Assembly: GCF_001194135.2 (NCBI RefSeq) | Contig: NC_069008.1 | Location: 15,032,211-15,091,301, forward strand | Length of the DNA stretch: 59,091 nucleotides | From: Octopus bimaculoides | Taxonomy: Eukaryota | Direction: 5' to 3' | Shown: positions 53,392 to 59,091 of the stretch, piece by piece | How the letters are laid out: every line of letters begins with the position of its first letter | Numbering within the stretch: the stretch's first letter is position 1 | Notes under the pieces: generated by a model | Databases searched by the model: none | The model's input: only the letters and a program-made list of their open reading frames with translations | Told to the model about the DNA's origin: nothing | Translations under genes and position numbers: made by a program

Positions 53392-54810
53392 TTACACTCT
53401 CTCTCCTGCATGAATAAGTTCGTGCATAATTAGTTTACCACTTGCATTAAATGATTTGCCACAGACATCACAATGATATGGCTTCTTGCCTGTATGAATA
53501 TGTTTGTGTGCAGTTAAGTTGCCATTTTCAGAGAATGATTTGCCACAGATATCACAATGATATGGCTTCTCACCTGTATGAATACGTTTATGTACAGTTA
53601 AATGACTACTGCTAGAGAATGATTTACGACAAACATCACAATGATATGGCTTCTCTCCTGTATGAATACGTTTGTGTGTAATTAAACTGCTATTTACAGT
53701 GAATGATTTACCACAGATATCACAATGATATGGCTTTTCGCCTGTGTGAATACGTTCATGTTTAGTTAAAGTATTACTCTTATTGAAGGATTTACCACAG
53801 ACATCACAATGATACGGTCTCTCTCCTGAATGAAGACGTTTGTGTTCAGTTAAAGAACTGCGGAGAGTGAATGATTTGTCACAGATGTCACAATGATATG
53901 GCTTGTCTCCTGAATGAAGACGTTTGTGTGAAGTTAAAGCACAACTGATAGCGAATGATTTGCCGCAGATATCACAATGATACGGTTTTTCTCCTGTATG
54001 AATACGTTTGTGTGTAGTTAAGCTGCAATTTTCAGTGAATGATTTGCCACAGATTTCACAGTGAAATGGTTTTTCGCCTGTGTGAATACGTTTATGTTTA
54101 GTTAAAGTATCACTCTTATTGAAGGATTTACCACAGACATCACAATGATATGGTCTCTCTCCTGTATGAAGACGTTTGTGTTCAGTTAAAGAACTGCTGA
54201 AAGTGAATGATTTGTCACAGATATCACAATGATATGGTTTCCCTCCTGAATGAAGACGTTTGTGTGTAGTTAAAGAACTGCTGACAGTGAATGATTTGTC
54301 ACAAATATCACAATGATATGGCTTCTCGCCTGTATGAATACGTTTATGCACAATTAAGTGACTACTGTTAGAGAATGATTTACCACAGATATTACAGTGA
54401 AATGGTCTCTCTCCTGTATGAATACGTTTGTGTGTAGTTAAGCTGCTATTTTCAGTGAAAGATTTGCCACAGATATCACAATGATATCGTTTTTCTCCTG
54501 TATGAATACGTCTGTGTTTCGTTAAGGCACTATTTTCAAAGAATGATTTACCACAGACATCACAATGATACTGCTTCTCTTTTGAGTGAATACGTTTATG
54601 TAAAGTTAATTTTTGACATTCAACAAATGATTTACCACAAATATCACATTGATATGGTTTTTCTTGTGTATGAATATGTTTGTGTTCATCTAAGTAAGTA
54701 TTTTGAGAGAATGGATTACCACAGACATCACAATCATATGATAACTTTCCTCTCCCTTTTATCACATCTTCATGGGAAATCAATTCTTTAAGCTTCTCAT
54801 TCTTTTCCAT
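53392..54810 (-). CDS. C2H2 zinc-finger protein ZNF9 (16 fingers)
   Basis: Tandem C2H2 ORF; ATG at 54810; paralog of ZNF1 (shared KSDTLTK, LRSSLTE, KSNTLTK helices). Confidence 0.93.
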   Translation of the reverse strand: MEKNEKLKELISHEDVIKGRGKLSYDCDVCGNPFSQNTYLDEHKHIHTQEKPYQCDICGKSFVECQKLTLHKRIHSKEKQYHCDVCGKSFFENSALTKHRRIHTGEKRYHCDICGKSFTENSSLTTHKRIHTGERPFHCNICGKSFSNSSHLIVHKRIHTGEKPYHCDICDKSFTVSSSLTTHKRLHSGGKPYHCDICDKSFTFSSSLTEHKRLHTGERPYHCDVCGKSFNKSDTLTKHKRIHTGEKPFHCEICGKSFTENCSLTTHKRIHTGEKPYHCDICGKSFAISCALTSHKRLHSGDKPYHCDICDKSFTLRSSLTEHKRLHSGERPYHCDVCGKSFNKSNTLTKHERIHTGEKPYHCDICGKSFTVNSSLITHKRIHTGEKPYHCDVCRKSFSSSSHLTVHKRIHTGEKPYHCDICGKSFSENGNLTAHKHIHTGKKPYHCDVCGKSFNASGKLIMHELIHAGERV

Positions 54811-55454
54811 TATTATTTTTGTCAAATCACAATGTAAATATACTTTTCTTGTGTTTCTTCTTATTGTTTAATCTTACAAATACTTCCACTGGTTTCTTTC
54901 TCTAGCAACACTTGTATCCAAGTTTACTTAGTACACAATCTCATCTTCTTGGCACTCCAATCAGTGAAGTGCAAAAATGCTGCTAATAATATCAGATTAG
55001 AACAAATATTTCATAGAAATCTATGACATATTTATAGACACAATGTAATATATCTGCTTTGTATATTTTCTGTTATGCCAATGTCATCTGATATTCTGAA
55101 ATAATAAAGAAACAAGAATCTAAGATATAGAGACTATTTTGAAAATACAGATTGAACAGTGGAACATTTACATTTCTGTAGAGATAACCTTTAGAAATAA
55201 ACATTTACCTGAACAACTGAACTTTTTAATGTATTAAAATTTACATCACAGAATCTTCTGTGTAATTTACATGTTTGTAAACCACAGCTACACATTCACA
55301 TTGTATATTATTATTTAGATAAAACTTTAAAAAACAGTGGACAATAACTCTCTTCTTTCTCCAGACATATAAATATGGCATTGTTGTTTGGCCTGAAGAC
55401 AGCTCTAACTGAGCAGAAATATGATTGAAGACATTTCATCTATGAACATCTTGT

Positions 55455-55688
55455 CCTTATTTCTTTACTACCTACAAGGCTCTACACACAGAGGGGACAA
55501 ACAAGGACAGACAAACGGATTAAGTCGATTATATCGACCCCAGTGCATAACTGGTACTTATTTAACCAACACCAAAAAGATGAAAGGCAAAGTCGACTTC
55601 GGTGGAATTTGAACTCAGAACACAGCGGCAGACGAAATACCGCTAAGCATTTCGCCCAGCGTGCTAATGTTTCTGCCAGCTCACCGCC
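55455..55688 (-). mobile_element. tRNA-derived SINE
   Basis: Head GGCGGTGAGCTGGCAGAA...GTTCTGAGTTCAAATTCC on the minus strand. Confidence 0.82.
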
Positions 55689-56115
55689 TTTTATCTATCC
55701 TTCTGTCTAGCATTGTATATCTAGAACTACATCATCCAATACAGTCTTCAATATTCACAAATGAAAGGTGAAATTAAAAGGAGATGTACTGCTATTATTT
55801 CTAGCAGATCATGTGACAACATAGAGAGCTATGATCACAATCAGGTTGTTTACATAGGATCTACAATTTTTGATATATTGAGCAAAAAAAAAAAATATTC
55901 ATGAATGAAGAAAAGACAACAAACATTAACAAAAGATAGCTTGGCAGTTTTTAACAAGTTTGATTCCTCACTGTGTGATTTGGGTTCAGTCCCACACTGC
56001 AGCACTGTTAGCAAGTGTCTTCTGCTATAGCATCAGTGCAACCAAAACCATCTGAGTGGATTTGGTAATGAAAACTGGAAGAAGACTGTTATGTGTCTGT
56101 GAATGTATTCTTGTC

Positions 56116-56596
56116 CGCGATAAAAAAAAAAAAACCCTCCACATGTATAAAAATGTGTAAACTGTAAATTGGGGGAGGGGGAATTTTCATCTATCTATCT
56201 ATCTACATAATAATACAAATAAATTTTGAAATAAAATCTTACTCAAAAGTAGTCATAAAGAAAAGTGAAAATAATGAAATAAAATGTTATTTGTAAGTGA
56301 ACCATTCTGAAAGATGTTTTAGAAAGTTCTGAAAACATTCACCCACCAGTTTTCCCCTTCAAAGAAACTCAGTTGAATGTTACTGGAAAAATGCAAAACG
56401 CAGATTCAAGAGCATGATGAGAGTACACAAAATCCTCCACCCCCGATTTACAAATTACACATATTTATACATGTGCAGGGTTTGTTTTTCTTATCGCGGG
56501 TGCCACTGACTTGCGCGTGTACGTTCGTCCGTCTACTGACTGGTGAGGGTGCGCGTACCACTGCGCGTGTCGAGTCCACTCTTCTTAAGTAGTACC
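56116..56596. mobile_element. GGTACTAC-ended MITE with a truncated opposite arm
   Basis: 56116-56180 pairs with 56440-56500; the terminal ~150 bp matches 3079-3210. Confidence 0.65.
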
Positions 56597-57060
56597 AAAC
56601 AAAGAAATGTAAATTAACACTTGATGAAAGGAAATGCGAAAGAAAGAAATATGACATTGATTTTTATTAATTTTAAAGCTAAATTAAAGATCTGTGGGAC
56701 TATACAACGCATTTTATGGAATTCGTAAAAAATATTTTTGAAGTGGTAAATTAAACAGTATCCCAAGTTTGAAAGTGTTTCGTTAAGAAAACAAGTGTTG
56801 CCCGTCAAACCAAAAAGATCCCAGTATAATACTGTCTAATGCATTTTCTCGTAAACTGTGATTGCGCCTGCAAGCCGGACATTTCCACATCATGCCTTCG
56901 CACACTCATTTCCTCGGTGTCAGGAACATCCAGTCGTTGTAGCACTCGGATGAATTTCGTATTAGCTCTACAGACGCAAGGAATTCGATAGTCGATGTCA
57001 TGCTATTTGTTATGACTTGAATCTCATTAAGAATATAGTTTCTAATGCAGGCGTGTAGGG

Positions 57061-57486
57061 GCTGTTTCTAGAATTTAAAAAGAAAGGCTGCAAACTACTA
57101 ACTGTTTATATAAGCATTGTGGCTCAAAAAAGCATATACATTTTTTCCTCGCGTTGGGAAGTTGAAATTGACCAATAACTGCAACTAATTTGGCAAACCA
57201 CTAGGTCATGTGACTCGATGCTAAAGAAAAGCACTTGGTCACCAGAATTGACCAATAACTGATGACCCAAATCAGTTGCAGTTATTGGTCAGTTCTGATG
57301 ACCAAGTGTTTTTCTTTAGCATCAAGTCACATGACCTAATGGTTTGCCAAATTAGTTGCAGTTATTGGTCAGTTTCAACTTCCCAACGCGGGGGCGGGGG
57401 AAGTATATGCTTTTTGAGCCACCTTATGTATATATAAGCAGTTAGCAGTTTTCAGCCTTTCTTTCTTTTTAAATTCTAGAAATAGC
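57061..57486. repeat. ~426-bp palindrome (~200-bp arms, short loop)
   Basis: TTTCTAGAATTTAAAAAGAAAGGCTG...CAGCCTTTCTTTCTTTTTAAATTCTAGAAA; internal TTGACCAATAACTG occurs twice per arm. Confidence 0.9.
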
Positions 57487-57566
57487 AACCAAATCGTGAA
57501 CATCTCTCATCCGCAGCTAGAAATAGCAGCCAAATCCCGCACAACTCAAAGATGTCTCTCTTCCAT
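57476..57566 (-). repeat. Minisatellite, ~2 copies (ZNF9)
   Basis: CTAGAAATAGCAGCCAAATCCCGCACAA. Confidence 0.85.
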
Positions 57567-57636
57567 AAAACATAGAAGAGACAAAAAAACCGAACGTCTA
57601 CAGAATTAAAAACATTGAATATTTTCAAGGTTTAAT

Positions 57637-57798
57637 ACTTACGGAAATCTTCTTTATAAAGGATAAAGTTGTTATAAGTGTGTGTGTGGTGGTTGAGCAA
57701 TGTATTATAAATTGTATTAAAAATTGATGAAAAGGACTTTAGGAAACTAACACTTTTAATCTGATGACGGAAACGGAAGTAGGATTGTGCGCATGCGG
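57637..57798 (-). promoter_or_regulatory. ZNF9 promoter motif, exon 1 and donor
   Basis: TGCGCATGCGG at 57788-57798, ACGGAAACGGAAGT ETS-like sites, minus-strand donor GTAAGT starting at 57642. Confidence 0.7.
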
Positions 57799-57960
57799 TA
57801 TTTCGTCTGTCTGTTTTGAGTTCAAATTCCACCAATGTCGACTTTTCCTTTCATCCTTTCGGAGTCGATAAATTAAGTACCATTCGTGTACTGCGGTCGA
57901 TCTAATCGACTGGCACCCTCCCCAAAAATTTCAGGCCTTGTGCCTCGAGTAGAAAAGAAG
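57799..57960 (+). mobile_element. 5'-truncated tRNA-SINE abutting the ZNF9 promoter motif
   Basis: GTATTTCGTCTG...GAGTTCAAATTCC...CCTTTCATCCTTTCGGAGTCGATAAATTAAGTACC. Confidence 0.8.
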
Positions 57961-58119
57961 GAAAGACTTCTTCCGCCCCCAACATTTTCTCCCCAATTTT
58001 TTTTTTTGCCAAAAATCTCCGTTTTCGGATATGGAGATTCCGGAAAATTGTCAAAAATCGGCATTTTGAAATTTTGACTCCCCTTCCCCCCAATTTCTTC
58101 ATTTTCCCCTTTTTCCCCT

Positions 58120-58190
58120 AGCCCTAACCGCAACCCTAAAACCCTAACCCTCAAACCTTAACTTTAATCCTAAAACCTTAACCCTAACAC
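58120..58190 (-). repeat. Degenerate TTAGGG-like tract
   Basis: CCCTAACC/CCCTAAAA/CCTTAA units. Confidence 0.7.
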
Positions 58191-59058
58191 GGTTCTCCTA
58201 CGTACTAGTTCGCGAGGGATGCCTTTCTCTGCAGCATTGCCTCGAGACATTACATACAAAAGAGATAAGAGGGGAATGATCGCATGATGCTGACTGGTTC
58301 CGAGAGGTAACCATTCACCCGAACTACCGAGCAGATGTCACCGTACAATGCTGCGATCCAGCCACGGAAAACGGGGCCAACACCGACCGCCAAGTATTGG
58401 TGATCGACCCTATCAACCATGCTAGCTTCATTACCCACCCTGTCTATGATGGGTCGCATGAGGTGGAGGTTATTGTGGATGGCGCATATTTGCACGTCAC
58501 GAATTAACTCCTCGACGACAAGTGTCAACCTCTTCGCCTAGTACCTTGGCCAAAATCCTTGAAGTCTACATTCAGTAGCGTTATGGGCAGAACATTTTCT
58601 ATTTGATCCTTCTTGTTTGGATCTTTTCTCATAAGAGAGAGCTTGTGTAACACTGTAGCTCCGTCAGAGCTTCAAAGAAGGAAATGCAATTATATTTGGG
58701 AAAGCAATTATATACAGAAAACATTACCATCGGAAAATATATCAAAAAATATCTAGAAATTGAGATATCACGATATTAAGCTAAATCCTTCTCGAAGAGC
58801 AAAATAGTTTGAGATACCTTTTGTCTGTGTATGTGTATTGAAATAAACAAATAATGAACACCTATGTAGACAACTATTTATGAACATCAAGAAAATATAG
58901 ACCGAATTTGTATGTTATGCTATCACCTGTGTGTATGTGTGTACATATATACACATACATACATATATATATATATGTGTGTGTGTAGACACATATATAC
59001 ACATTTATATATATATATGTATATGAATATGTATGTATAAATATATGCATGTATGTAA

Positions 59059-59091
<33 letters not shown>

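Noticed and set aside
58120-58190. True telomere
   Set aside because: Short, degenerate and interstitial.
58298-58330. Trypsin-like protease fragment suggested by TIHPNY
   Set aside because: No following DIALLKL-type motif or catalytic motifs.

Overview
AT-rich animal genomic DNA with three N gaps. The finger style ([11 protein letters not shown]....[11 protein letters not shown]), the SINE families and the RTE remnants are consistent with a coleoid cephalopod such as Octopus; this species call is inference. The window is a cluster of nine C2H2 zinc-finger genes, here ZNF1-9, oriented + - + + + + - - -, each with 11-19 fingers and no KRAB, SCAN, BTB or ZAD domain. Each gene is a copy of one ~5-7 kb cassette: a TGCGCATGCGCA (NRF1/EWG-type) motif; a short non-coding exon ending at a C|GT(A/G)AGTATT donor 126-166 bp downstream; a 52/41-bp minisatellite of 1-11 copies in intron 1; a conserved acceptor with an ATG 8 nt into the exon (0 nt in ZNF5) opening a tiny uORF; ~350 nt of 5'UTR; a single-exon finger CDS; and, in ZNF1/4/5/6/9, a 3' tail of decayed fingers. 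Intron 1 is repeatedly hit by GG-terminated foldback or MITE elements, some with clear 8-bp TSDs, alongside decayed Merlin (IS1595-like) transposase. Two different elements sit at the identical 8-bp site in ZNF6 and ZNF7. Mariner/Tc1, Helitron, RTE LINE and tRNA-SINE remnants fill the rest. The most speculative lead is an alternating two-finger module in ZNF8/ZNF5 whose code-predicted target matches the cluster's own promoter motif.
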